Source: Kudoa neothunni (lineage: Eukaryota; Animalia; Cnidaria). From it: a stretch of DNA of 64,000 nucleotides. The translations under genes were made by a program, and so were the position numbers. Below are positions 27,001-39,100 of this stretch, in pieces. Each line of letters begins with the position of its first letter. Within the stretch, counting starts at the first letter, position 1. The notes beneath the pieces were generated by a model that worked only from the letters and a program-made list of their open reading frames with translations, had not been told where the DNA came from and did no database searches. The DNA is taken from contig OZ199840.1 of the NCBI GenBank assembly GCA_964304625.1, positions 2,530,787-2,594,786 on the forward strand. The letters run 5' to 3'.

Positions 27001-29317
27001 CTCGAATGGAAACATACCCTTGGTCACAATCGCTAATATAGCCAGTAGTGAGGACGAGTTGAGAGAGAAGTTTTCCCTGATATTTATTCAAACTTTTCAG
27101 ACTTATCTTGGTTATGTGAAAGGGCAATTCTTTCCCCTACCAATCAAGTAGTGAATATGATAAACGACAAGATGATTCAACTTTTGCCTGGAGAAGAAAT
27201 GACTTACAGATCTATCGACACTAATGTCGACCCTACTGAATGTGTCAACCATCCCGCTGAGTTTTTAAATAGCTTAGAATTGTCTGGCGTAGCTTCACAC
27301 GGATTAGTGCTTAAAATTGGTGCTCCGATTATGTTAATGAGACATCTGGACGCACCACGTCTGTGCAACGGAACTCGATTGGTAATTAAACGCCTGATGG
27401 CTCACCTGATTGAGGCAACGATAATGACGGGCTGTGCGAAGGGGGAAGACGTTTATATCCCAAGGATACCCATCGTTCCATCAGATGTACCATTTACCTT
27501 TCGAAGATTACAGTTCCCAATTAAAATTTCGTTTGCATTGTCCATTAATAAATCACAAGGACAAACATTTAAAATAGCTGGACTTCACCTTCAAGAACCC
27601 TGTTTTTCACACGGTCAGTTATATGTTGCCGTGTCTCGCGTTGGTTCAAAACGAAACCTTTACGTATTGGCACCGGATGGAAAATCAAAGAACATAGTTT
27701 ACTCGAAGGCGTTAAGATAAAAAAACGACCAACGTCTTGGTACAAATACACATGTAACTTTTAATATTCTTACATTAAGTATAGTGTCAAGTCAACGATA
27801 GTTCTATATGTAATCTACGTTGAAAATCCAAATTTTTTGGTTTTATCTACCAATAGTATGATTTGTTGAAATTCTTTGTTCCATTAATTTCCCTTTGTAG
27901 TCAAATACTTAATGGATTTTTCGCTGCAACTAATGAAGGTTGTTATTCGTACTAAATGATTTGATTTTCGAAACAACCGTATCTATTTCATTTTTTACAT
28001 TAGATTATGCTGGCTTTTTACTTTGTCAAATTCTTCTATTATTGATAACACTTGCGTTTATTGAAGATACTTACTGAATACAACGAATCAACTTTGTTTT
28101 TTATGTCGAAGGGTATGATTATTGATATTTCTAGGAAAAAACTTTGAATATTATTATAGACTTGGTAACAAAACCATAAACTGGATTAATTCAATTTTTT
28201 CCTTTTTCTATTATATTCAAATCAATTCGTGTATTAATGATTGTAAGAAATTAATGACTATTTTATACTGAAATAATCATTGCTTAATTAAGAAAATACT
28301 CCGCAAAATAATTGGATTTACTTTTTGTACTACTACTACTACTAACCCGTTGGTCTCACGTTGAGTATGCTATTTCTTCCTTGAAAAAACTTTAATAACG
28401 TGATTTAGTGGTTTGTTATGGTGTTTAGCGGCAATAAACGGCTAATATGTTTCCGCATAAATCAACTTGAGAATTTGAGCGTTTGCAAATGGCTATGTGA
28501 GATTTGTGTTGGTTCATTTGACAATGGAGTGTGTTGGTTTGTACGAAAACATAGTCTTTTAAAGTGTTTCAATGGAGACTGTAAAGATTCAATTTCAGCT
28601 AATAAGTAATTGCGTACACTCCACGTTCGGACAAAATTGGAAGCTGGGCAATTTTACATATATTTATACTTATTAACTTCGTTCGTTAATTTCAATGCCG
28701 CATAATAAACCAGTTATCAATCAATTAGTTTTTTAGTTTTTATAAAAAATAAATATTATATTTATATATGTCCATGAATTTATTATTAAATCAGTCATTG
28801 TCCTAAATGGCAACAGGGTTTTCTCGATTTTAATATCCTTAATAATTAAATAGGTTGAAAATGACATTATTAATTTATTTGCATAAGAATAGCAATATTT
28901 TATCAACGCGTAAAGTATATTATTTAAAAATATAAGGACAACTAGCGCGACCTGTTAAGCTTTGCGCGGAATTGGGATTAATTTTTTCGTAGCAGCACAC
29001 GTTTAAAAATTATAAATAAATTCAATTAATTAAGCCATTGAAGAAATTTAATTAACTTTAAGTTAAATTTCATACTTTAACGGATGTGATATGTACAAGT
29101 AAAATTAATATCACTATATAATTTGATTTGATGACAACTTGCGATTGGTAACAACACTTTTTTCTGCGCATTCCTAAAGTCTTAAAGCGGCCCAGTTTCC
29201 ACTTTTGTTCGAATAATCGAGTATAAGCGTGATAACTTTCTAATTGAATTTGAATTTTCAGTTGTAAATTGAAATGCTTTATTTTACTTAATTCTAACTT
29301 TAAATTTAAGGATTAGG

Positions 29318-30497
29318 ATCCAGTTCCCCCTGTCGGTGAATAATGAGTCATAAAATTCACCAGCAACGTTACTATTTTTACAATAAAATATTACCATGGT
29401 CGTTCTTTGTTTCCAACACTTTTTATTTAAATCTAATATAGTTTTTATTATTATTAATAGAAATAAGTTAATAGCGAGCGTCTAAAAATAGATTTGATCC
29501 ATTAATATTATATTATGTTAATCATGTGATTGTTCGATTAAGATTTTAATTTTTGGAAGCAATTAATTCTGCAACATTAAGCGATTCCTCTACTTATATT
29601 GGGATAATTAAATAACTTTATTTTCTTTAATCGCATATTCATAATTTTTAAAAAGTGTAGGAAAAAACGATCATAGTAAAATTTTATAGAGCCAGTAATA
29701 ACGTTACCACTGAATTTTGTGACTCATTATTCATTGGCAGGATGGAACTGGATTATGGTTAGGGGTATACCCCTAACCATAATCCAGTACTTTTTCATGA
29801 TCGGTCATCTTTCTTGATGATTATTCTGTGTGGCGTATCCATTCCAAGATTTATAACGTAATTTTTTTAAATTGTATTCGATCCCGATAACATATAACAT
29901 TGTTAGGATTACTAACTAAAATCACAACTTATTATTTTAGATGTTGTACTCTATAGTAATAAATGTGTTAAATATATCCCAGAATCATATTTAAATCCCC
30001 TACAACGATTTTGGACAAATCTTAAATTAGACACAGAGTTAGATAAGGAAGTTGGCAGATCTTATCCATACGATCTTGCTTTGGATACAATCCAAATCCA
30101 TATATATTGGAAGGGTAAGTGTAAAAAATTAATTTTTGAAATATTTATCTGCATAAGTCGTATTTTAAGTTGATTGATTCTCAGCTTGCAACTTAATACA
30201 GAAAGGGGTTTAATTTAGGCATATTGGGATGTTTTTGATTTTTTATAATACCGGCTATTGACACGGGTATCTTTAATCTTAAAAAGGATTATCTTGTGGA
30301 TATTATGACCCGTGTCAATAGTCACTCCAGCTTTATATTTTTTAACATTCGTCATTGTGGTTTTTTATAAAATAGATGAGATAAATAATTTATTATAGTT
30401 CAGTGTTCAGCATATGAATTTCCTTGGAATGGATACGTCACACAGAATAATCATGAAGAAAGATGACCGATCATCCGAAAGTTGTGGGCCTAGGATA
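29318..30497. repeat. Two adjacent inverted-repeat (MITE/foldback-like) units joined by a perfect 42-bp palindrome
   Basis: IR pair ~29318-29400 / ~29670-29755; IR pair ~29795-29848 / ~30423-30475; palindrome at 29747-29788. Confidence 0.8.
29941..30114 (+). other. Isolated 174-nt coding-like exon (phase 1-1), product unknown
   Basis: TACTAAC at 29910-29916, TTTTAG| acceptor, stop-free frame VVLYSNKCVKYIPESYLNPLQRFWTNLKLDTELDKEVGRSYPYDLALDTIQIHIYWK, and G|GTAAGT donor. Confidence 0.6.
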
Positions 30498-31536
30498 TAC
30501 CAATTAAGGTAATAGAAGTTGCAGGAAATATAAGGTAACCATTATAAAGTTATTTTTTGTTTCTGTTATAATTATAAGTTTAGTGATAAGAAAATCGTGA
30601 TCAACTCAATATAGATTAATTATTGATTCGACGATAGTGCTGGAATTAAGGTAATGGTATGCTGCGTGACATGGAAATCGCAATGTCGTTTAAAACCCCT
30701 AATTTTTTGATTGTTTTTATTAAATTAAAAAAGATATCGGGTGCAAAGATTCAAGGAGAAAACAACGTTTAAACATATTTAATCCTGATGATACTTTTTA
30801 TAATTAAACATCGCTTAATTTATTTTTTTAATTTAATATTTTATTAGTTCTAGATTAATTTGGGTTTTTAAAGGAACCTAAACCATTTTTATTCTTTAAT
30901 ATTTAAACGAGGAAACTTTCTTTTAAATTTTGGAGTTTATATTTTACAATTTAAAGATGTTCCCAAAAATTTAAAATCAATTTTCGGAACTTTGTTAATG
31001 GTGTTTTGATTAATAAGTATATCAAAACACCATTTGATTTTCCATTTGGTTACTTGAATATCGATACCAAATTGTGCGCATATCCAGACTTACTTACGAA
31101 ATTTGTTAACTATATAATAGAGCAAATACTTAATTTATATTTTGTTAAAATTTTAGTTTTTGAAAATGCTGAGCTAACGATTTGCAACATTTTGAACGTA
31201 AAATCGGAGAATAGAACTTTTGTATATATAAAGGATTTACCGATTTGAGTGACAATTCATTTGAACGTTGATTTAACAGTAATATTTAATTTATTAAACC
31301 AAATAATTTTATTTTGTCTACCGTAATAATAGATGTTTTCTTCCTTCGTTGGAAACTTTTGTTTATTTTAAGTAATTTTTTATAGGCATTAGGAATGATT
31401 AAAATATTCCCCGTTATTTAATAATATTAAATTATGGTTTAACTTGAATTTTTGTATAGAAATCTATTTTAATAACAAGGTTTTCTCGGTGTCGGTTTCA
31501 ATTATTATTAAAGGCAACATTCATTTTTAGCCTTAA

Positions 31537-34500
31537 CCCTTCCTGTACCAACTACGATAACAGAACGTGGGTGACCAACTGGGGTCACTAACGTACCCCA
31601 GCCGAAATACACCTTAAACTTATTCAATCTGCTAGAAACTATTTCACCAAAAATAAGAGACACAAATATGATAATTCATGCCCAATAAAATTAGTTTTTA
31701 TTATTTGACCTATACATAAATCATTTTGTTCATGACGAAAACCATTGCACGGACAATGATACAAATGTATCAAATTGTAGCATAAATAGCAAATATTATC
31801 AGTTTTATGCCGAAACAGGATATATGGAAGACTAATGATCAAAAAATTATGAATAATTAGAAAAAATCATGACCATCGCAGCAATTAAATACTCCTCGCT
31901 TTTCGGTATAAGTCGGTGAATCTGTAGCTAATGATGGATTGATGTGATTGCCGCTTTGATGAAATTTAAGCTATATGAGCGAAGACTTCTATTATCTAAT
32001 GCTGATCTTTATTATTTCCTAAAGTTTAGTAGGCAGATGCTATAGACACAATAAAATTTAGTCATAAACTGCAAGTACGCTTACTCAATATAAATTTTTG
32101 ATCTCGGCGACTCTTACTCACAAACTTTGTATAGATTTAATCGTTTAAAATCTGCTCTATTTAATTATTCCTGACAGGCAAAAGCGAAGCGATGTGATAT
32201 AAATAATTAAATATAGCCAAAATTAGTGACCTCTAAATATTATTTGCCGTGTCAATAGTTACATCCATGGAATAATACACAAAATGATAATATTTTTAAA
32301 CAATGAATGACGCAGTGACTTCAGTTTGCATTATTTGAGCATCAGTGTTTAAGGCACCAAAAATAATATTCAACATATCTGTCATATTTGTACGTAATTA
32401 TTTTTAATATTTATTTGTACAACAAAATCACTTTCGCCTTGTCATTATTTTATTATTTTTGAAATTCGCAAAATAGTAGCGAAAACAGAAATTAGAATAT
32501 TTACTTTTATGTAGATATTTTCTTAATTTTACGAGTCATATTTGGTAAAATTTCTCAAAGTAGAGAATTATTTTGTTAAAAAAATTACTCTTTCCTCCGT
32601 AGCGAGGTTAATTTTATTCGTTTTGTCAACAGGCCGATATTTTTTCTCCCAAATGGCATGACTGTGTATAAATTCAAAAGTTGTGAATCCGTTGAGCCTT
32701 AGATAGAATTTATTTATAATAGACCAAAATTGTATATGTCATAAATGATAATGCATTAGAGATCGTAAAATGAATTACACATCGCACTCAATTACTAGTG
32801 AAAATTTGTGTATAATTTATAATCTGCAAGAATATGCTGAATAAAAAAATATATTAACATGATTTATTCCAAAGAATTGGTACAATCCAAACAATAAATA
32901 ATATTTCTTTTTACTCTATGTTTTATGCAAACAAAATTGAAGCAGTTGAAATATCTCAGGCTAGATTTTTTATCCTTATTCCGAGGACAAAATTAGCATC
33001 TATTTCTCTTTGATTGTTGAGTAGAATTTGATTCAGATATCGTCAAATCGTCATTATTGGTAGTGATTTCAAAAAATTGGAAACCATACTTTATGTGGGA
33101 TTAAAGAGTATGAGAATTCTCATGACGATGTGCTACATTGGGTGTTGCCAATTCTATAGCAAGCTCGCGAATAAATTTCTGTCGCTTGCTACGATCATTT
33201 TTTTTCCAATCAAAATTTTTTTGGATCCAAATAATATATGCGTTCAACGCAGCCATATCAATGATTTCCATGAAAATCTTCAGTGGCCATCTACGAGTAG
33301 GTCGCGAACAGGAGTATGACTGGGTCATTTTATCCCCATTATCAACACCACCTTTGGTTTTGTTATAGTGAAGAATCACCGTGGTCTTTTTCTATATGTG
33401 TCTTCTGTTGAAGAATCATGAAATTCGGTAGACAATATATTGACCGAATAGTTCTTTTTGGGTACATAGGAAGAAAGTGAAAGATGACCAGAAAACCCAA
33501 ACAGAGAGGAGAAAACCTCTCGGCGTGGCGATTTTAAAAATTCTTTGGGGATATCGCGTTTATTCGACCTAATTGTCCCTGTCAATGTCAGGTTCTCTTT
33601 GAAGAGTTTCGTGGCTAAAGAAACGGATGTAACAAAGTTGTCTACGGTCACTCCTCGGCCAGTTCTATAAAATGGAGAGACAAGTCTTGTGACAACATTT
33701 TCAGCCTGATTTATTTCCCTTGTTCCACCGATCTTCCCAGTATACGGTTGAATGTTTAATAGGTATGACGTTTCTACGTCTGCAGCAACCCAAAGTTTGA
33801 TCCCGAATCGTCCGGGCTTGCTCTTCATGTATACCCGAAACGGATATTTACCCCTAAACCTTACTAACCTTTCATCCACTGTAATATGCGTGCCTGGTGA
33901 ATAATATTTCAAGCAATTTTCATTAAACAGATCGAAAATTTGGCGGCAAGGTTCGAATTTGTCGTTTGTAATTTAAAACCGATAAATTCTATTTGCTTTA
34001 TCGTCGAAACGGATTTTTCTATAAATATAAGTGAATCTGTTTCTGGACATCACTGTGGGGAAGAATAATTGTTTGAATAATGGACTACCATCCCACATAT
34101 TCCTATGAGCAAGCATCTTACCATTTGAACGCCCAGCAGCGATTAATATGCCTATAAATGCTTTTATTTCGTTTTTAGTTATTGTTGTGTGTGTCTCTCT
34201 GGGTTAGTTTCTTCGCTGTACTTGTTGCTGTATTTTACTATCTCATTAATTATATCATCCGACATAAACAATTCAAAGGCATCAAAAATGGACGTTATAT
34301 TGTTTGCCTCTTCTAAAATGCCTGAGGATGAAGTAACGATGTTGTGTGATTTAGTTTTCGTTTTCGAACAAATTCTTTTGGACCACTCAAGACCAGACGG
34401 GGAAGAAAAAGTAGAATCATTATTCGGGTTTTCTTGAGCAAATTTAACGTCACTTTGGAAATCTTCATCACTATCTATATCACTAATAACACAATCATCT

Positions 34501-35054
34501 TCACCGCAATCATCTGATTCAGATATTTCGTATTCTGAGCAACTATCATTATCTACAGAAGAAGAATCCTCAATAAGTTTTTCAACATCATCAATGGTTT
34601 GGTCTAGTCTCATACTAAATATTACCGATGTCTCAAAAAAAGTTATTTAACAATTGCTACCTCAATATCCACAAGAAATGTTAAGCGCGTCGCGTAATCG
34701 GATTAATCCTCGTTAATCCGCGAGGCGGTAATATTTAGAAAGGCGCACCATTTTTTCATATAATAGAACGGATATTATCAAATTTTCGGGGTGATAAAGC
34801 TATTTTTGATATTTATAAAACAAATATGTAACATTAGAAAACTAATCCGATGCATTAAAAATTAACTCTAGTATTATTTTTGAATCTATTCATTAGATTT
34901 AATTGAATTGTAAAAAATATTTTCATCAAAATATCGAAATAATAGTAATTGAGGTATTCTGAAATTTTGAAGACTATCAGAAGCTGATTTTTTGATTTAG
35001 AAACAAAATAGATAATATGGGGTCACTTAAATACCCCACTTGGTACCGGAAGTG
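31537..35054 (-). mobile_element. Full-length piggyBac (3518 bp), frameshifted transposase at ~32900-34613
   Basis: TTAA on both sides; TIRs CCCTTCCTGTACCAA / CACTTCCGGTACCAA; ITVDERL, VTVDNF, GGVDNGD and a Cys-rich C-terminus. Confidence 0.95.
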
Positions 35055-36103
35055 TTAAATACAACTCCTTAAAATATTGTAATTTTAACGTATTATATAG
35101 TAATTATCATCAGGATAATCACTCCGGCTTTCTTTCTAAACGCTTAAGCTTGCTGCTGGTCTGGGTTGGGTTGGGTGGAGTCATGTGTGCGATGTTGCAT
35201 CTTGAGGGGTTGGGAATGTTAAATAATAAAATTTTATTATTTAAATAAAAGTTAATCCAATTAAAAAAATTATATTAAAATTTCATCAAATTTATTTACA
35301 AGAATACATTATAGTTGCTAGGTAGGCGCATTTTGTAATAAACGTATATTTTAATATATAGATAACTTAGGTGACTTATGTATAAGGTTGTTTTGTATTA
35401 ATTGTTTTAACTATAAATGGAGATCATAACTATATTGCGTATATGAAATACAATGCTATAATATACAGTTCTTAATTATATTATCTATGATGGAATTAAA
35501 TATAGTAGGTATATACTATAATCAATAGTTCATCCTAATATTTTAATTCAAAAAATGCATTTTATATTGTTTTGCTTTATAATTGCTTTAGTTTACACAA
35601 ACTAAGTCATTACTGAGGCGGTGTTTAGAAACTCTTCCGAACTCAATATCACGTCAGGTTGATAGGCAAGATAGCTAACTTTAAGCTAAGTAATTCTATT
35701 CTATTCTTTGGTAAAATAGAATATTTTATATACATTGAATCTTACGAAGTATGTTATTTTTTATCCTGTCACGTATTGAATGAAAAAAGCTCCAAATAAA
35801 GTTGAAACTTCGTGTCAGAAATTAATTTGCTTGGTCATATAACATTTTCAAAATTTTTTTTTTTTATCTTAAAGTTAATTTTTAAAATTTTAATTATTAA
35901 ATAGAAAGTCGGATTAGTTTAAATGATTTCAATTTTATTGGAATCTATACATTGGGTAGCCAATTCTACACACTGCGGACTCTACGTAAGATTTTTAATG
36001 TATCTTTCACGATTTTTTTATTTTTAAGCGCGTTTGTTTAGTAAGCTTAAAATGTTTTTTATTTTGAAAATTCAATTAATTTACGTGAAGGTACGTAGAG
36101 CTC

Positions 36104-39100
36104 TGTTGGAGCTGACAGTTAGTCTTCGGCGTCAAAGATATAATGACACACATTATCTTGGTCGGTACCTATGTGTATTAATATACAGTTGGCGCTAACT
36201 ATATAAACACCCTTATATTAGCCTCTATATTATTATTGTTATATTGAACGATGGTTCCTTGCCCTAACATTGGCGCAGTGAGCTGCTTGGACTCTTTTGA
36301 TGGAAATGATGTGGATTCATGGTTATCAAAGTTCGATTTGATTCTGCTCCACAAAAATATTCCGGAGGATAGACATACGTTGGAATTATTGGTCTCGTTG
36401 TCTTCAAATGTGTTCACTATCGTTCAGGAAACTGGTTTTGGTTTAAATTCACCTTATGCTTCTGTAAAAGCATTCCTTAGGGCAAGATTTGGTAAGGTGA
36501 AGGACTCTTATGTTGCGCAGCGGGAGTTTTCCACTTGTTCCCAAGAACGTGTAAAAACTCTCGTAGAATTCGCAGAGGAGGTCCGAAGAAGAGGAAGAGC
36601 TGCGTATTCATCCGTTGAATCCATTACGCTCAACCAACGAATGAAAAATCAATATATAGTTGGTGTTTTGTCATCGGAAACAAGAAAAAATCTTCTTGTT
36701 AAAAATCCGGAAAATTTCGAGGAAGCCTTCGAACTGGGTCAAAAACTTGAATTTGCTTCAAGAAAGGATAATGAGATGGTAGAGGAGGATAAAGCAAAAT
36801 CAAACATAATGACAGTTAAGAATGATGACATTCTTCAAATAATACTAGATCGATTGGAATCTTTGGAGAAGAAGACAAGAAAGAAGATTAAATGTTACAA
36901 TGGCGGAAAAATTGGACACTATACAAAGAATTGTTATAGAAATAAATCTATTAATTTTTCCGCTTCGTGTTTGTTATTCTTGCCATTAATGCTTGAAAAT
37001 ACACATGTTAAATGTCTTGTGGATACGGGATCCCGATCGAGTTTGATTAGTCATGGTTTGTATAAGAGGATCAATTTGAAGCGCATGAGGCCTGCTGCTG
37101 TAAAATTAGTTTCAGCCTGTGGTGGTAATATGCAGGTGCTCAGTATGGTTGATTTACAAGTCAAATTTGATAATGAAATTTTAACGATGAGCTTTTTGGT
37201 AATTGAAGAACTTGTTTATGATTGTATCATTGGAATGGACACCTTGAAACTATTGGATCTCACACTATCATTTGGAAAATACTCGCTGAAAGTATCAAAT
37301 GATAACCATGATAAAGTCGAAAAGATTACACTATTAAATGTTGAACAACGTGATTCAAATGTTATTTACCATGAAATTGATACTGACAGCCACAAACCTA
37401 TTAAAGATTTCAGAAGGCGTATTCCGTTCCATCGCAGAGAAATAATGAATAATCTCATAAACGATATGATTGAGAATGATGTGATCGAAAAGTCTTCATC
37501 TGAGTGGGCATTTAATGCTGTTGTCGTGCCTAAGAAAAATGGAAGCTTTCGTCTATGTGTGGACTATAGAAAATTAAATTCTATCACTACGAAAGATTCT
37601 TCTCCTTTACCTCGAATAGATGATATTTTGGATATGCTGGGGAACGTTAAGTATTTCTCTGTGCTGGATTTGAAAGATGGCTACCATAATGTTGAAATAT
37701 CTATTAAAGATAGAGAAAAGACGGCATTCTATGGTGTGGATGGAATTTACCATTTTAAAAAAATGCCATTTGGACTTTGTAACGCTCCGGCAACCTTCCA
37801 GAGGCTAATGAATACAGCTTTACAAAAGTTTATTGGAACCTGTTGTTTAGTTTACTTGGATGATGTGATTGTATATGGTAATGATTTGGAAAATCATAAA
37901 AAAGATGTTTCCAATATAATGAGAACATTAGAAAACTACAAGCTCAGAATAAATTATGATAAATCAACCTTATACAATGAAGAAGTCAAATTTCTGGGGC
38001 ATATAATTAGTTCAAAAGGAATCACGCCTGACCCTGATAAAACTAATGTGATAGAAAATTGGCCTATATCAAAGAATGTAAAGGAATTGCAACAGTTTTT
38101 AGGATTGGCTAATTACTACAGAAAGTTTGTTCAAAATTTTTCGAAAATATCAACTCCATTGTACAACCTCCTAAAATCGGAATCGGAATGGAATTGGTCT
38201 CAGGAGTGTACCGCAAGTTTTGAAGAATTGAAAAAAGCCATTGTAAAGCCGGTATTGTTAAGTTTTCCTGATTGGAACGCTCCTTTCATTCTTGATACTG
38301 ACGCGAGCATTGTATCTGTTGGAGGTATTTTGTCACAACTGATAGATGGAGAAGAGAAAGTCATTGCTTTTGGTAGCCGAAGTTTATCTAATCGAGAGAA
38401 AAATTATAGTACCACCAGAAAGGAATTATTGGCTCTGGTTCACTTTGTGAAATATTTTAAAGCCTGTTTATTAGGTAAAAAATTCTTGGTCCGGACTGAT
38501 CATAATGCACTAAAGTGGCTGCTCTCCTTCAAGAACCCCGAAGGACAAGTAGCCCGTTGGTTAGAGCAGTTAGCAGAGTTCGATCTTGATATTGTCCATC
38601 GGCCGGGAAAAATCTACACAAATGCTGATTCCTTATCACGAGTTCCTACTGAAACAGAAGTGAATGTTGCGACAAAAATATTTGGTCTTGATAATAATAC
38701 AATAAAATCTGAGCAAAGGAACGATTCTGTAATAAGAAAAGTCATTAATTGGATTGAATTAAATTCTCTTCCAAATAAAGTTCCAAAAGAAGAATGTAAT
38801 GAAGTAAAAATATTGTGGATGCTGCGTGATAGTCTGAAACTTGTTAATGGAGTTCTCTTCAGAGCTTATGTGGATGAGCACACGAAAACGGAAACCTTAA
38901 GATTGATCGTCCCAGATGGTCTTAAAAAGGTCATACTTCAATCTTCTCACGACGATATTACGGCTGGTCATCTTGGGTATAATAAGATGTCTGAAAAAGT
39001 TAGATCCAAATTCTTTTGGCCGTTACAGAGAAGAGATGTTCGTAAGTGGTGCGAATCTTGTGAAGAGTGCTCTGAGCGGAATCGATCTACGAAAAAGTTT

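Larger units (their letters stand above)
22684..27720 (+). pseudogene. Helitron Rep/PIF1-helicase, near full length, with several stops/frameshifts and a solo-LTR insertion
   Basis: Zn motif CEFCHAKKW..E..GMCC; VEWQKRGLLHAHIL (HUH); KYVCKYINKG (Y2); degenerate Walker A DAPSGTWKT; IIWDECTM; INKSQGQT; HGQLYVAVSRV. Confidence 0.97.

Noticed and set aside
27750-28300. Possible spliced minus-strand gene downstream of RepHel
   Set aside because: A GTAAGT...TAG block exists, but no consistent frame or recognisable domain could be assembled.
28330-28360. ACTAACCCGTTGGTCTCACG as a Helitron 3' end
   Set aside because: Weak hairpin, non-CTRR terminus and no matching 5' end.
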